From positions 85,436,001-85,500,000 of the forward strand of contig NC_043006.1 in assembly GCF_006345805.1 (NCBI RefSeq): 64,000 nt of DNA. Reading direction: 5' to 3'. The stretch is from Octopus sinensis. Its lineage: Eukaryota. Shown here piece by piece: positions 12,074 through 24,809 of this stretch. Both the position numbers and the translations under genes were made by a program. Position 1 is the stretch's first letter. The number at the start of each line of letters is the position of its first letter. Below the pieces are notes generated by a model. The model worked only from the letters and a program-made list of their open reading frames with translations. It was not told where the DNA came from and searched no databases.

Positions 12074-12645
12074 TCAGTCACTGGTGTTTGAAAAGTGAAT
12101 TGTTTCCAGTGCATTTATAGAAAGGGAAACTTGGTACTGTGGATATTTGCTTGCAGGGCACAGATCTGGGTGTTTATTTATGGGAGTTTTCCTGGTTGTG
12201 GGAATCTGTTGCCTATGTACTGTCATTCTGTTCCTCAAAGTCAAGCCTGTTTGACCTATGTAATCTCCACTACACCTGCTGCATTTGAGAACATGAATTA
12301 AGCTCCTTGATGCACAGCTTGACATTGTATTCAAAGAGTTAAGCTTAAAGATGTATTTAGGTAGTCTAGTTGAATTACATAATTACTTTTTCCTAAAGCT
12401 GTGTGTGTGCAGATCATAACTACATTTAAAAGTAGATGTAAATGAGTACCATTTGCAACTATGACATTACAGCTGTATATAACATTGCGTACCAAGGTGT
12501 TACCTTTAAGAGGGCAAGCAGATGTCATTCTACAGTTACAGTTTGAGAGGTTGTTTTGTAAAACATATTCGTGTTCATATGCATCCAAAGTTATATGGTT
12601 TATTTTCATACTAAACGATTGACCTTTGCCTCTATTTGTTATCAT
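12074..12645 (-). mobile_element. Penelope-like element remnants (GIY-YIG endonuclease fragments)
   Basis: CASRSLIHVLKCSRCSGDYIGQTGLTLRNRMTVHRQQI (GIY-YIG) and, separately, CNCRMTSACPLKGNTLVRNVIY (PLE Cys-rich linker into GIY); probably two fragments. Confidence 0.75.
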
Positions 12646-13999
12646 TTATTTGGGAAGCTATTTTAGAATTATTAAAATTAGATTTACAAGTATAACATCT
12701 TATAATGGTTGATTGTAAAGGATTAAACAGCGTATATTATGGGTTATTACTACTGTTATGAGGATAAAGGTTATTAGTGTTGAGTTTATTCATTATTTTG
12801 CTAACAGCATGTACAATATTATAAACTTTTAAATTATGTTAATTAGTTATGTTACTGCCAGACTGACAATCATTATGTTGAATGTAAGTACTAAAGGTGT
12901 TGGTGTATTATTATTATTATTATTTTCCACAATTTGAATTACGCCTGTATTTGGATTATATAGATCTTTTAGGTGACTCAGGGAGTTAATACTTGTATGC
13001 ATGCATGTCTGTGTACATGCAGATATATTGTATGTAGATCTATACACATTAAACATACCCTGCCTACTAGACCGATACAAAACTGAGCATACACACCTGT
13101 TCTGAATAAATAAATCCTAAAATTTATCTTTTAATGAAATTGATTACTATCTTGGATGAGGCTGAAGTTTTTTCCCTTCCACTTTTCTGGGGCCAAGTGA
13201 TGGTACATATGGTGATGTGAATGTTTATGATTCTCTCTCTTTCTCCATCTTTAACATGTGGAACGGTTAATCCCGACACATTTTCTTTCTCTCTCCATTT
13301 TTTTCCTCTTGTCCCTTTCTGTGGAAGATTGAAGGTTCGAAATGTCAAAGACTTTTTCATTTTTACCGAGCGTGAAACTATACTGTATGGTGTAATCACC
13401 AATTAAAGATGTGATTTTCTTCATTCTTGTTCATGTTGTCTTATACGCTAAATTTCTTGAAATTCTTCTCAGTGATACTTGGATTTACTTGTCACACACG
13501 AAGAATTACTTTGGGATGTTTACTCTACTTGCACTTATTGTGTCTGATTGATATGGTTAGCCAAACTCATTTAACACTGAGTGCTTTATAGATATCTATC
13601 TGGATTAATTAATCCTTTTTACTTATTATATATACGTATATACACATATGCAAACTATTGAATGTGTGGATAAATGATCAGCAACTTCATTTTGTAATGG
13701 TCCATGTTTGACTTTATGTTTGCCAATGGCTTAGTGGTATTATATATCTTAACTCTTTTGATGTCAACCCAATTGAGACTGGCCCCGGTTCTATGATATA
13801 AACTTCCTGTTTTAAGGTGATGTAAATTAAAGCTTTCCATAAAATTTCAAATTGTGATGCAAAAAACTAAAAACCCAGCAATCACTCAATGGTTCACAAA
13901 TACATTAAATTTTAAAGATTTAGGGAAAAGTCTGCAATCCACAGAGAATACCTCATCTATTGTGGGCTGCAGTCCTCTGTTGGTGACCCCTGATTTATT

Positions 14000-14280
14000 A
14001 CTGCCAGCGCCACCTTGACTGGCTTCTGTGCCGGTGGCACGTAAACAGCACCAGCCAATTGTGGCTGTTGCCAGCCCTGCCTGGCACCTGTGCTGGTGGC
14101 ACGTAAAAAGCTCCCACTACACTCATGGAGTGGTTGGCGTTAGGAAAGGCATCCAGCTGTAGAAACGCTGCCAGACCAGACTGGAGCCTGGTGCAGCCTC
14201 CTGGCTTCCCAGACCTCGATTGAACTGCCTAACCCATGCAAGCATGGAAAACAGATGTTAAGCGATGATGATGATGATGC
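14000..14280 (+). mobile_element. RTE-tail short retroposon with (GAT)n end. Other copies at about 15140-15465, 16250-16595, 35255-35615, 53505-53855 (+) and 35745-36060, 39903-40130, 43820-44120 (-)
   Basis: Shared core ggtggcacgtaaaaagcacccactacactc...ggcgttaggaagggcatccagctgtagaaac...aacccatgctagcatgg...(GAT)n, the same sequence as the 3' end of the RTE at 40197-40480. Confidence 0.85.
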
Positions 14281-14744
14281 TTAACCATTTAGCATTCAGA
14301 TTATTTTGTCAAATATAATGTTTATTTATTCACATTGTTTTGAATTAATCATCAAATTCTCAAAGCTATCATATAATGCATGACATTGTAGGCCAGTTTA
14401 AGTAAATTTAAAGAATGGAAGGTAAGAAGTAAATGAAAAAACAACAATCACTTAAATTAAACATTGTCTATTTAATAGCTTTCATTTTCTCTTCTTATAA
14501 ACATTTTCAATTGAACCAAGTGATTTTAAAGATTCTTATATTTCCATGAACATGCAAATACTTCTCTGTTATCTATCAAGAAAACAGAGGTATCACAAAC
14601 ATCATATATATATATACATAAAAAAACACAACATTAAGTATGGTACATAATTTTTAAAGTTCTGATGTTATTTACAGCCATATATAATGTTTAAATGTCA
14701 ATAAGATGTATGTTGTTGGTGATATGTATGTGAAAAAGAGGAAA

Positions 14745-15880
14745 TGAGTTCAGATGAAATGAAGGTTGGGTTTGTCCCAGCACAGGGTGCTATTGATGCT
14801 ATTTTCCTAGTGAGTATTTAGCTATGAGCAAGTCACTATACCTATCATTTGCCAATCTGGAGTAAACCCTTGATAAGGAGCCATGTTCTTTAGCTTGGAT
14901 GTCACTTAGAGAACTAAGTGTAAGATGAATGGGTTATGAGAATTGTGTTAGGCATGTAGAGAGGTGTTGCCAGGAAGGTGAGATTTGGTAATGAGTTCCA
15001 TACAAGGAATTTAGTGTGTCCCTTACAGCAGGGTTCTTCACCTTTTTCTGTTTAGCTTTTCAGGGTCGTAAGAAAGGAATTTAAGATTGGCTGTCCAAGG
15101 AAACTCATGTATGCTGATGATCTAGTACTTATAGCTAATGTGCCGGTGGCACGTAAAAGGGCACTATTTGAGCGTGATTGTTACTAGCGTCACGTTACTG
15201 GCACCTGTGCTGGTGGCATGTGTAAAAAGATTCAAGCGAGGTCATTGCCAGTACTGCCTGACTGGCCCCCGTACCGGTGGCACGTAAAAAGCACCCACTA
15301 CATTCTCGGAGTGGTTTGTGTTAGGAAGGGCATCCAGTCGTAGAAACCAGGCCAGATCAGATTGGAACCTGGTGCAGCCATCTGGTTTGCCAGCCCTCAG
15401 TCAAAATTGTCCAACCCATGCTTGCATGGAAAGCTGATGTTAAGCAATGATGATGATGATGATGAATGTAGTGAAAATCTAGAAGAAAGACCAAGTGCTG
15501 GAGCAAAGCCTAGCTTAGAATCAAGACTTCAAAGTAAATTTAGCAAAGTTTTAGTTAACAGAAAATAAGGGACTCTATTGCTAGCTACACATGATGTGCA
15601 GAAAAGGAGTAAGTAGGAATCCCATGTAGGCTGACAGAGAAGGCAAAATTTGTGAATGGAACATGTTGTACAGATGTCATTAGCAGTAAGAACACTGGTA
15701 AAATAAATTCTTTCAAATGCTTGGAAGGCACCATAAATGTAGTTGGTAGCTTCTGTTACCTAGGTGGCCTAATTAACAGTGGAGGTAGGGGGCTATTTCA
15801 AAAGAATAGTAGCTTTTACTTCTCCTTGATCCAAAAGGATTCTCTCTGAAAGAACAGTAGATTATATAATACTTTTATAC
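14745..15880 (+). mobile_element. Decayed RTE LINE RT fragment interrupted by a short retroposon
   Basis: Degenerate GFVP.QGAIDAIFLV, ELMYADDLVLIA and VVGSFCYLG segments homologous to the ORF at 41180-42604. Confidence 0.7.
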
Positions 15881-15921
15881 AATGTGCAATATATATTAGC
15901 GACAGAGGAAGTATTCATATT

Positions 15922-16200
15922 GAGAGGTAATATTTATCCCCACTGAAACATTCTGTTAGAACTAACTTTACAGTGGTGGATACCATGAAAGAAACTCTCA
16001 TACTGGCTTTTGGTACAAAATGCACTCTTGTTTATATCGCTAATAGGGAGATAAATCCCTGCCGTCTCCAGCACTGGGACCACCAGATCACGTTTTGACC
16101 TTCCTTGGTCTTGTCAATAATGGATGCTCAGCTGCTAGAGATGGCAGTGACTCATCTCTCCACCATCAATATACAGAAAAACAGTGAAAGAACAGGTGCT
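15922..16200. repeat. Unclassified interspersed repeat (partial second copy 16612-16720, inverted copy about 47930-48180)
   Basis: Shared gaggtaatattta...ttagaacaaactttacagtggtggataccatgaaagaaactc...tggtgcaaaatgca seen three times. Confidence 0.7.
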
Positions 16201-17627
16201 GATGTCTCGATTAGCCAGTGAGCTTGTTAAAAAATATATATTAGCAACAAAGCCAGAGTGGCTATCTGGCCTCCGTGCCGGTAGCATGTAAAAAACACCA
16301 TTTAGCGTGATTGTTACCAGCATCACCTTACTGGCACCTGTGCCGTTGGCATGTGTAAAAGATTTGAGTGAGGTTGTTGCCAGTGCCGCCTGACTGGCCC
16401 TGTGCCGGTGGCACATAAAAGCACCCACTACACTCTCGGAATGGTTGGCATTAGGAAGGGCATCCAGCTGTAGAAACTCTGCCAGATCAAGATTGAAGCC
16501 TGGTGCAGCCATCTGGTTCGTCAGCCCTCAGTCATACGTCCAACCCATGCTAGGATGGAAAGAGGACGTTAAACAATGATGATGATGATGATGAAAGATA
16601 GCATCAACTACAAGAGGTAATATTTATCCCCACTTAAACGTGGATGTTCTATTAGAACAAACTTTACAGTGGTGGATACCATGAAAGAAACTCTCATATT
16701 GGCTTTTGGTGCAAAATGCAGAGAATGTGCAGAAGCCAGAAAGATTGTTGTGCTAACTAGAACTCTGCATATCAGATCACTGATGGAGACTCACCAAGAC
16801 ATAACAATCTCTGGCTTACAGACACATGGTGACCTCTTTTCGCCTATTACACCACAACTGCCATAGCCAATGCTCTTCTCAATCAGCAAGTCACATACCA
16901 ACTCCACCCATATCTACTCAACATACCTGTCTCTTGTCATCCCATCACTCCTACTGTTTCACACCCAAACTCTGCTCTAACCACAAACAATATTCAGTCC
17001 CTCCAAGCATAAAACCTCCGGAAATCTACGTTCTTTGCTAGTACCTCTTTTTTTTTTGCTGCTGACATCCACTTACAAATGTATTGTGCAAAAGAGGAGA
17101 TTGTGCTGATAAAGACATGATGCATTTGAAGGTTGACTCAAGTGAAGAAGACCAAGGAAGATGTGGGCAGAAGTGGTGAAAGCTGAACTTGGGATACTGA
17201 ATTTCAATGAATTCAATAACAAAGAACTACAACAAGTAGTGATACACTGTCCAACCCATGACAAACCAAATAAAAATGGATGTCAGAAGGATGATAATAA
17301 TGATGATAGTGATGATGATGAAGTAGGTATAGGGTGCATGCAAAAATCCTCTGATTCACCATCCTTGATAAACATTTCAACAATCAATGCACAGTGTAGT
17401 AATTGACAAAATAAAATAAAATTTAAAAAGAAGGGAAAAACATGAGCTACATGAAAATGCCATTACCACATGCCCAATTCCACTAGGGCCACACCAATGG
17501 CTGTGTAAAATATGGAAGGTTTTTCATCTGCACCCTATATGTCTGTTTCAGGAGTAAGAATTTTAACAAACGACACGACTAAGATATGAAATGTTTTAAA
17601 ATCTGTGATTAGTTCAATGTGTGTTGT

Positions 17628-17708
17628 TTACAAGGTTTTACGTTTCTTTTGAGGTGGCTCTTCTAGGGTGTTTTCTGTAGACACAGGAGGAACGCTGAAG
17701 CCAGGAAT
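17628..17708 (-). CDS. DIS3: DIS3 exon 23 (terminal, NLS, stop)
   Basis: tttcag-IPGFSVPPVSTENTLEEPPQKKRKTL-TAA; SV40-type monopartite NLS. Confidence 0.92.
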   Translation of the reverse strand: MPGFSVPPVSTENTLEEPPQKKRKTL

Positions 17709-18212
17709 CTGAAATATCACAAATAAAGAACTGATAAGTAACATGGATTCATTGTTTTCTGGGCTTTAAAGAACTCTAATCACTGGAAGAATGACAGTAT
17801 TTATATTTAACTAGTGGGACCCAGTGAAACTTCAACATTTTCTAAATGTTTTATTTTCACTCATTTCTCTATCTCCCCAGCTCCATACCAATTACCTCCA
17901 CTTATAATATGAGCAACCTCTAAAGCAAGAAACTTATTTCAGCCTCTTCCTTTATACTCTAACTTCACATGGCATAAAGCTGCCTACCTCAGAATTGTAG
18001 GATCATAGTCATGCTAGGTACATGTCAACATATCACTTTATCATGCTGCTACTGTATAAATCACTCAGAGATTTAGAAATGTAATATTTCTAGGCCTTTG
18101 CATGTCCAAGTGCATAGAAACATGTTAAATATGCCTGTACATGCACACACACACACACACACATATTAAAGTATATTTATTAATTAATTATTTTATTATT
18201 CTAGTTAATTTT

Positions 18213-18316
18213 TAACCTGATGAGTGGCTATATTTATATCTAAGTGATTTTACTACTACTATTAATTTTTTTACTAAAATCATTTCTTAAATATAGCCAC
18301 GAAACACGTTTCGTTA
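18213..18316 (+). ncRNA. Hammerhead-ribozyme-like motif (type I topology, long stem II, degenerate stem III)
   Basis: CTGATGA 18217-18223; 13-bp stem GTGGCTATATTTA/TAAATATAGCCAC; GAAA 18301-18304; NUH triplet TTC 18310-18312; stem I TAAC/GTTA. Confidence 0.6.
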
Positions 18317-18385
18317 TTCTACCAATTATATATGTTTTTATTATGTTTTTGCAATTTGAATTGATAAAACGTCGTTTTTTTTCTA

Positions 18386-18419
<34 letters not shown>

Positions 18420-18636
18420 GTAGCTAAATTGTATAGTATACAACTGGTAGCTTACTGGTAAAGCATGTTCACTTTCATAGTGTTTGTAGGTATTTGATTG
18501 ATAAGAGAGATGGAAGATAGAAGATAAAAGAATGTGAAGTATCCCACCCATGAGGGATTAATGCTAGATGGGTTGAAACAACTGTAGAGATTAATAAACA
18601 TTCTCGTATTTTCCATCTTTCGTTTCTCTCATTAAT

Positions 18637-18686
<50 letters not shown>

Positions 18687-19102
18687 TGTATACATAAGGG
18701 TAGGCATAACCAAGTGTTTGAGAAATATACTTCTCAATCACAAGGCTCTTGGTTCAGTGTCACTGCATGGCACTTCACATGAGTGACTCATATTACAGCT
18801 CCAGGCCCCACCAATGCCTTGTGAGGAACTTGGTAGATAGAAACTGGAAGTAACCCACTGAGTCTGTGTGTCTGTGTGTGTGTGTGTGTGTGTGTACATG
18901 TATGGGCAATAATGAGTGAACATGTGTGACTATGTGATTGCTTACTAAGTTACACTGAGCTACGGGTACAGTGATAAACTTGTTTGCAGTTCACCTACAA
19001 AGAGTGACACCATTCTTTATGAGTGCATTGTAGATGGTGAAGTTTGTTGACATGTCATGTGTGCTCTTGAATTTCTTTCAAATAAAAAACAAAATAAAAT
19101 GT

Positions 19103-19635
19103 TGGTGATAAACCTCTGTACCTGGCTTTCGTTGACATGGAGAAAGCCTTTGACAGGGTTCCCCTGATCCCTTATCTGGTGGTCAATGAGGAAACTAGGG
19201 ATAGATGAATGGTTAGTGACAGCTGTACAAGCCATGTACATGGATGCTGTCAGTAAGGTAAGGGTTGGCAACAAGTACAGTGAAGAATTCTGGGTAGGGA
19301 TAGGGGTCCACCAAGGATCAATCTTCAGCCCCCTCTTATTCATCATAGTCCTCCAGGCAATAACAGGAATTCAAGACAGGGAACCCCTGGGAGCTCCTCT
19401 ATGCTGATGACCTTGCTCTAATAGCTGAGTCACTATCAGAACTAGAGGAAAAGTTTTAAGTGTGGAAGCAAGGATTAGAATCAAAGGGCCTTAGAATCAA
19501 CCTAGCTAAAACCAAAGTCCTAATAAGTAGGAAGGCAGACAAACCCAAACCACAAATCCCTTCAGGTAGATGGCCCTGCTCAATCTGTAGAAAAGGAAGG
19601 CTAACTGGAAAGATAGTTTTTGTGTGTGGCAAATT
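19103..19635 (+). mobile_element. RTE LINE RT fragment (same family as 41180-42604)
   Basis: DKPLYLAFVDMEKAFDRVP, MRKLGIDEWLV, HQGS, LLYADD, SGRWPCSICRKG, with frameshifts and a deletion. Confidence 0.9.
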
Positions 19636-20148
19636 CATCGTCAAGTTACTGTCTAATCAATAGGTTAGAGTGCCTTCCCTTTCAGGATTAAGTTATTTTC
19701 AGAGTATTTTCCCACTATTCATTGTTTGGGGTATTTATAGCCCGAAAACCCCTAATATTTTAACAACCAGTTGTCCAATTAATGTGAAACTTGTTTTACT
19801 CCTTTTGTATTCATATTTCATAGGGGACCTAATTCATAGTATTTTCCCATTATGCGCCAGTTTGGCTGAGTAACATTGCAAGCAAGCTACATTCAAGTTC
19901 ACTTTTAAGGTATTATATACATATATATATATATAATCATCAGTAGATCATATGTCTGAAAAAGAAGCTAACTCTAAATGTCAGAGCAGTAATGTATTTA
20001 TAGGAAGTCGATTATGGCATTTTATAGATGCAAAACTATTGGTTACTCTATGACTGGCCATATAATTAACTGCCTATAAGCACCCACATATATGTATGAA
20101 TGCATATGTGTGTGTTTATGATGATTCAATATGATTTGATGTACTTAC

Positions 20149-20271
20149 CTTTGGTTCAACGAGATCAAGGTGGAGCCTCAAATGTTGTACATTGGATTTA
20201 TCAATATGAATTTGCACAGTGACTTGATCAAAGACTTTCAGTACAACATCTCCAGCTTTCATTTGGTATTT
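20149..20271 (-). CDS. DIS3: DIS3 exon 22
   Basis: KYQMKAGDVVLKVFDQVTVQIHIDKSNVQHLRLHLDLVEPK-gtaag; 123 nt. Confidence 0.93.
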
Positions 20272-20771
20272 CTGAAAAACCATCATTTTATTTATAATTA
20301 ACCAAGCAAGATTTATCAAAATCTAAAACCAACACCAAACAAATTTTATTTCCAAAAATATTTTTAAAATTTTAACACTCGGTTTTAACCTGCTTGAGAC
20401 CGCTCCAATTTCTATAATACAAAACTTATTTTAAAGTTTTCATATTTAAATTAAAATCGTCCATGATATTGCAACAAGCAAAATAGCTACTTAGAAAATC
20501 TCTATAGACGAAAGTACTAACTATACCAAGAAGTCATTGATATGACTTGTTACATGTTAGGAACTGATGTAACTAACATTTTTAACCTCAGCTGGAGAGA
20601 GCAGCCCCTCTTGGGGTTAAAAACAGTAGTCATGTCAATTCCTATGGATCAGTCATATTGATAGTTCCATGATAATTTTATATAAAACATTTTTGGATAG
20701 ATTTTAAACCTTTAGTATTCAGGATTACCTTGTCGAACATAATGCTTATCTATACACATAGTTTGGAATTA

Positions 20772-22153
20772 CTGTAAAAACCCTGTAATTTACGCACTTA
20801 TTTTCACAAAAACAAAACTAGACTTTAGTGGGTGTGTAAATTATATGAGTAGATCATTTCCAGAATTAAAAAAAAATTTTTGTTGAAAAATGATGTACAA
20901 ATGTAAATATTCATACTGGAAGTGGACTCATTTAATGTCAGAATAGGTTTTTAAAGAAAAGAATATAATGAAGTTTGACTGGACAGTATAATACTTACTT
21001 TTTCTGTATAAATTTACTAAAACCATTAAATGGTTAACTACTTTTTGAAGTTTTATGTTCAAGCTGGTAATCACGTTCCAGGCGATATTTTACTGCATCT
21101 AACATTGACGACATCATAATTCATCCTTGCACATGTAAACTCACTTAGTGAATATGACTTGGCATTCCTACAGAAACCTTCATTTACCTTATACAATGTT
21201 TAATGTCATTTCACATTTATGTTGAATTATGCAGTAATCTTATGTTATCTTCATAGAACACTTGTAATGCATGCATTACCAGTTCTTTTGGTATAGTAGA
21301 TTTTTGCTATTCTTGTTTATGTCTTCTCACAGACATGTATATTCTAACAAGTCGTTTTTAAATTTTGCACCTCTCTTATTCAATAAACACTGAGTTAAAA
21401 CTTGCAAAGCTGTTTATTTTCTCCTTTCAATTTTTTATGTTTATTTTAGTGGGTTACCAAACTATCAGTTTCGTCTCCTGGCTAAAATGGTAATGACAAA
21501 TTTTAAAGTTTGCTTGACATTTTATAAGTGTGAATGGGATTAAAATTTTGATACTCTATATCAAAGGTTCCGACAAGAAAAGGCAGAAAATCAGAGCTTG
21601 AGACAAGAAAACACTTTCGATCAATCAGAATTCTGTTTACATAATCAGTCTGATCAGTCACCTTCCTCTGTTGGTTGAGTAAAGTGTTATCCAAGCTGAT
21701 GTTTATTGGTAATCCATCTTAATTTGCAACACCTGTGCATATTTATCAGCTTTGTTTTTGTTAAGAATTATCAACAACTTTTCCTGTAATCGTGATTTGA
21801 GAAGACATACAGAAGTATGCTAAAGATCAGACATAACCTCTTGTGGGCAAGAAATGTAAAATAAAGTTTATTATAAACAACACAAACACTTCATAATTTA
21901 ATAGCTTTCAATGTGATACATGTTAAACAGAAATTATTTTTATTTAATGAAAATCTAATTAAACCTAATCATAAGTAAGTGAAATTATGATAACTACAAC
22001 TGAATTGAAAACCCTTTCCCCCTGGCCACATTGGCAATTCTGAAAACTTTTAGGTGCAAATTTTATGCGAGCAGAAGCTTTTTTAAACAATTTTTAACCT
22101 GAAAATCACCTGCACAAGTTACACAGGTGCACAAATTACATGGATTTTTACAG
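20772..22153. mobile_element. Non-autonomous TIR DNA element (Tc1/pogo-like ends) nested in a piggyBac-like MITE
   Basis: Imperfect terminal inverted repeats ctgtaaaaaccctgtaatttacgcac / gtgcacaaattacatggatttttacag. The flanks rejoin into the MITE family seen at 53062-53281. Confidence 0.55.
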
Positions 22154-22734
22154 AAATTATTCATCATATCACAGCTTCAACATCTTGATAATGTGATTGT
22201 TTATTTTTTTTAGGATGACATTTTAGGATAGGTGTGAGAAGCTAGGTCTGATCAGTTTGAACATAAAGTGGGTAGAATATTTGGGCTGAATATGGCCAGT
22301 TTAAATACTAGCTTATCTTCTGACACCAACTTGCTACAGACTGCTCTTGATACAAATTTCATATTTTAACATTTTTGTTACCATATTTCTGCTGAAACAG
22401 GATAACCATTTTGCTTTTGTTTCAATTAATTTTTAAAAAAATTAAGGATTTATTGAAATAACTATGTTGCTATGAAGCAGGTGCTTTGAATATAAATTAA
22501 CATTGAATTTGTGTTATAGAACCAAAGGTGGTCTCAAGTGGGTTGGCATCAAAAGGACTGAAGTGATCTTCCATCAGAATTCCATGTTGATTTACGTTTC
22601 TAATAAGCTGGCAGAATTGTTAGCACACCAAGTGGAATGCTTAGTGGCATTTTGGCTGTCTTCACATTCTCAGTTCAAATTCTGGCAAGGTCAACTTTAC
22701 CTTTCATCCTTTAGGAGTCAATAAAATAAGTACC

Positions 22735-22963
22735 TATTTCTTTACTGCCCACAAGGGGCTACACACAGAGGGGACAAACAAGGACAAACGGATTAAGTTT
22801 ATTATATCGACCCCAGTGCATAACTGGTATTTATTTAATCGACCCCGAAAGGATGAAAGGCAAAGTTGACCTCATCGGAATTTGAACTCAGAACATAGCG
22901 GCAGACGAAATACTGCTAAGCATTTCGCCCGGCGTGCTAATGTTTCTGCCAGCTCGCCGCCTT
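22735..22963 (-). mobile_element. tRNA-derived SINE, family ggcggcgagctggcaga. Other copies at about 36985-37190, 37205-37400, 45350-45575 (-) and 11805-11920, 50115-50325, 50345-50540, 51090-51300, 63890-64000 (+)
   Basis: Pol III A-box/B-box-like head (gagctggcaga...gagttcaaattcc), body gcctttcatcctttcggggtcga..agtacc, and a 17-bp TSD tcaataaaataagtacc at 22718-22734 and 22964-22980. Confidence 0.85.
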
Positions 22964-23691
22964 TCAATAAAATAAGTACCAGTTGAGTACTGGATCAATG
23001 TAATCAACTTACTGCTTACCCCGAAGGCAACAAAACAATAAATACTGAAAAAGTTATCTATTTTAGTAAATCCTTCTAAATTCTTAACTATTTCCAATTG
23101 TAACTAAAACACTGGTTAAGCATTTCTTTTGAAATATGGTTATAAAAGGAATAATTTGAAATTTAGTTTAATATCTTTTATCATTTACTTGTTTCATTCA
23201 TTAGTTTGTGGCTGTGCTTTAATGAATAGACACCAGTTACATTTTTAAAGCCTGGTACTTATTCGATTAGTCTCTTTTGCTGAACTGCTAAGTTATGGGG
23301 ACATAAAAACAAACCAAGACTGGTTGTCAAGCAGTGGTGATGGGGCAAATGCAAAACACACATATAGATATGTGATGGGATTCTTTCAGATTCTATCTTC
23401 CAAATCCATTCAGAAGGCTTTGGTTGGCCTGAGGATACAGAAAATGACACTTGCCCAAGGTACTGGGCAGTGGGACTGAGCCCAGAACCATGTGGTTGGG
23501 AAGCAAGCTTCTTACTATAGAGACACACCTGTGCCTATATTTGTAAAGATTTATGAATTTATTTTTTAACTGATGAAAAAACATTAATAAACGTTAAAGA
23601 ATAAATTTCAAAACTTAGAAAAATAAATTTTGCATGCAACCATCATTCTACTTCTACACTGATTTTGGAATGGTAAAGGTTTTGAGCTTAC

Positions 23692-23841
23692 CTCATCATC
23701 AAAGACAAGAATTGAACTCTGTTCTTTTTTTATATAAATGGTCCCTTCCAAGCCATATTTTGGAATAAGTACTTGGATAGCATTTTTACGTACAAACAGA
23801 ATGTAACCTTCTTCATCGCATCTCTTTTCATTGAAGAATAT
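23692..23841 (-). CDS. DIS3: DIS3 exon 21 (S1 domain)
   Basis: IFFNEKRCDEEGYILFVRKNAIQVLIPKYGLEGTIY...FDDE-gtaag; 150 nt. Confidence 0.95.
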
Positions 23842-24593
23842 CTATAAAGAAAAAGACAATTTATATAGCAGCTATCTAATTAGAATTTAAAATATATAAA
23901 TTTCAGGAAAAAAAAAATGGAGGTAGAAATTCAAAACATATTTCTCATTTCCACAGAAACAAAATACAATATTAGCATATTTCATGGAAGTTTAAGCTCA
24001 AGATAGAAGACTTAGGTCCATTAGCTCTAATAATATGCAACAAGGAAATGATTTCATTAAGCTGTACACTAATTGACACACCACACATTCTGCAAAAAAA
24101 AAAAAAAAACAACTCTTCTTTGGCACATATTTCCATTTACAGCCGACTGGAATGGAGAAACATGAAATGAAGTGTTTTGCTCAAGAACACAATACACTAC
24201 CCAGTCCAGGAATTGAAACCGTGACCTTACAATGATGAGTGCAACATCCTAACCACTAGGTCATGCACCTTCTGTTGCATAAAATGGGATCTTGCTTCAC
24301 TAATTTGTTTAAATGAAAAGAAGATTCCCATCTCACGTTTTCCAATGCTATTATATTGTTATTTGTTTTGAAAATGAACTGAGAGAGAGAAAGAGAAAGA
24401 GAGAGAGAGAGGGAGGGAAAGAGAAAGAGAGAGAGAGAGATAGAAAGTCTACCATGCTTTTGTGTAGCGAAACATACCATTTTCCATAAATCGTGAATGC
24501 AACTGTAGTTAAGTCTTAGCGATGTGAATGATACATAGTAATATTTAAGAGCAATGATATCGTAATAAATATCAGTAAAAGACAACAACATAC

Positions 24594-24671
24594 ATGAGTG
24601 TGAAGATTGACAGATGTTCGAGAAGCGTCTTGTGCCATTTTATGACGGAAGTTGCAATGAAGACAAATATC
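24594..24671 (-). CDS. DIS3: DIS3 exon 20
   Basis: DICLHCNFRHKMAQDASRTSVNLHTH-gtatg; 78 nt. Confidence 0.92.
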
Positions 24672-24809
24672 CTGAAGAAAAGGAAAAAAAAAAGATGCAT
24701 CATGTGATTTATTATTTTAAAAACTTTCCAAAATTATTCTTATTTTAAAAAATAAGAAATTAGAAAGCAACAAAAATACTTTAGTAATAAATATTTTCTT
24801 GATGTTCTA

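Noticed and set aside
5678-17627. Copine (CPNE) exons downstream of RBM12 as in the vertebrate nested locus
   Set aside because: No C2 or vWA-like exon recognised by eye; a tBLASTn search would be needed to exclude small exons.
17300-17627. DIS3 polyadenylation signal
   Set aside because: No clear AATAAA on the minus strand close to the stop; the 3' end cannot be placed from sequence alone.
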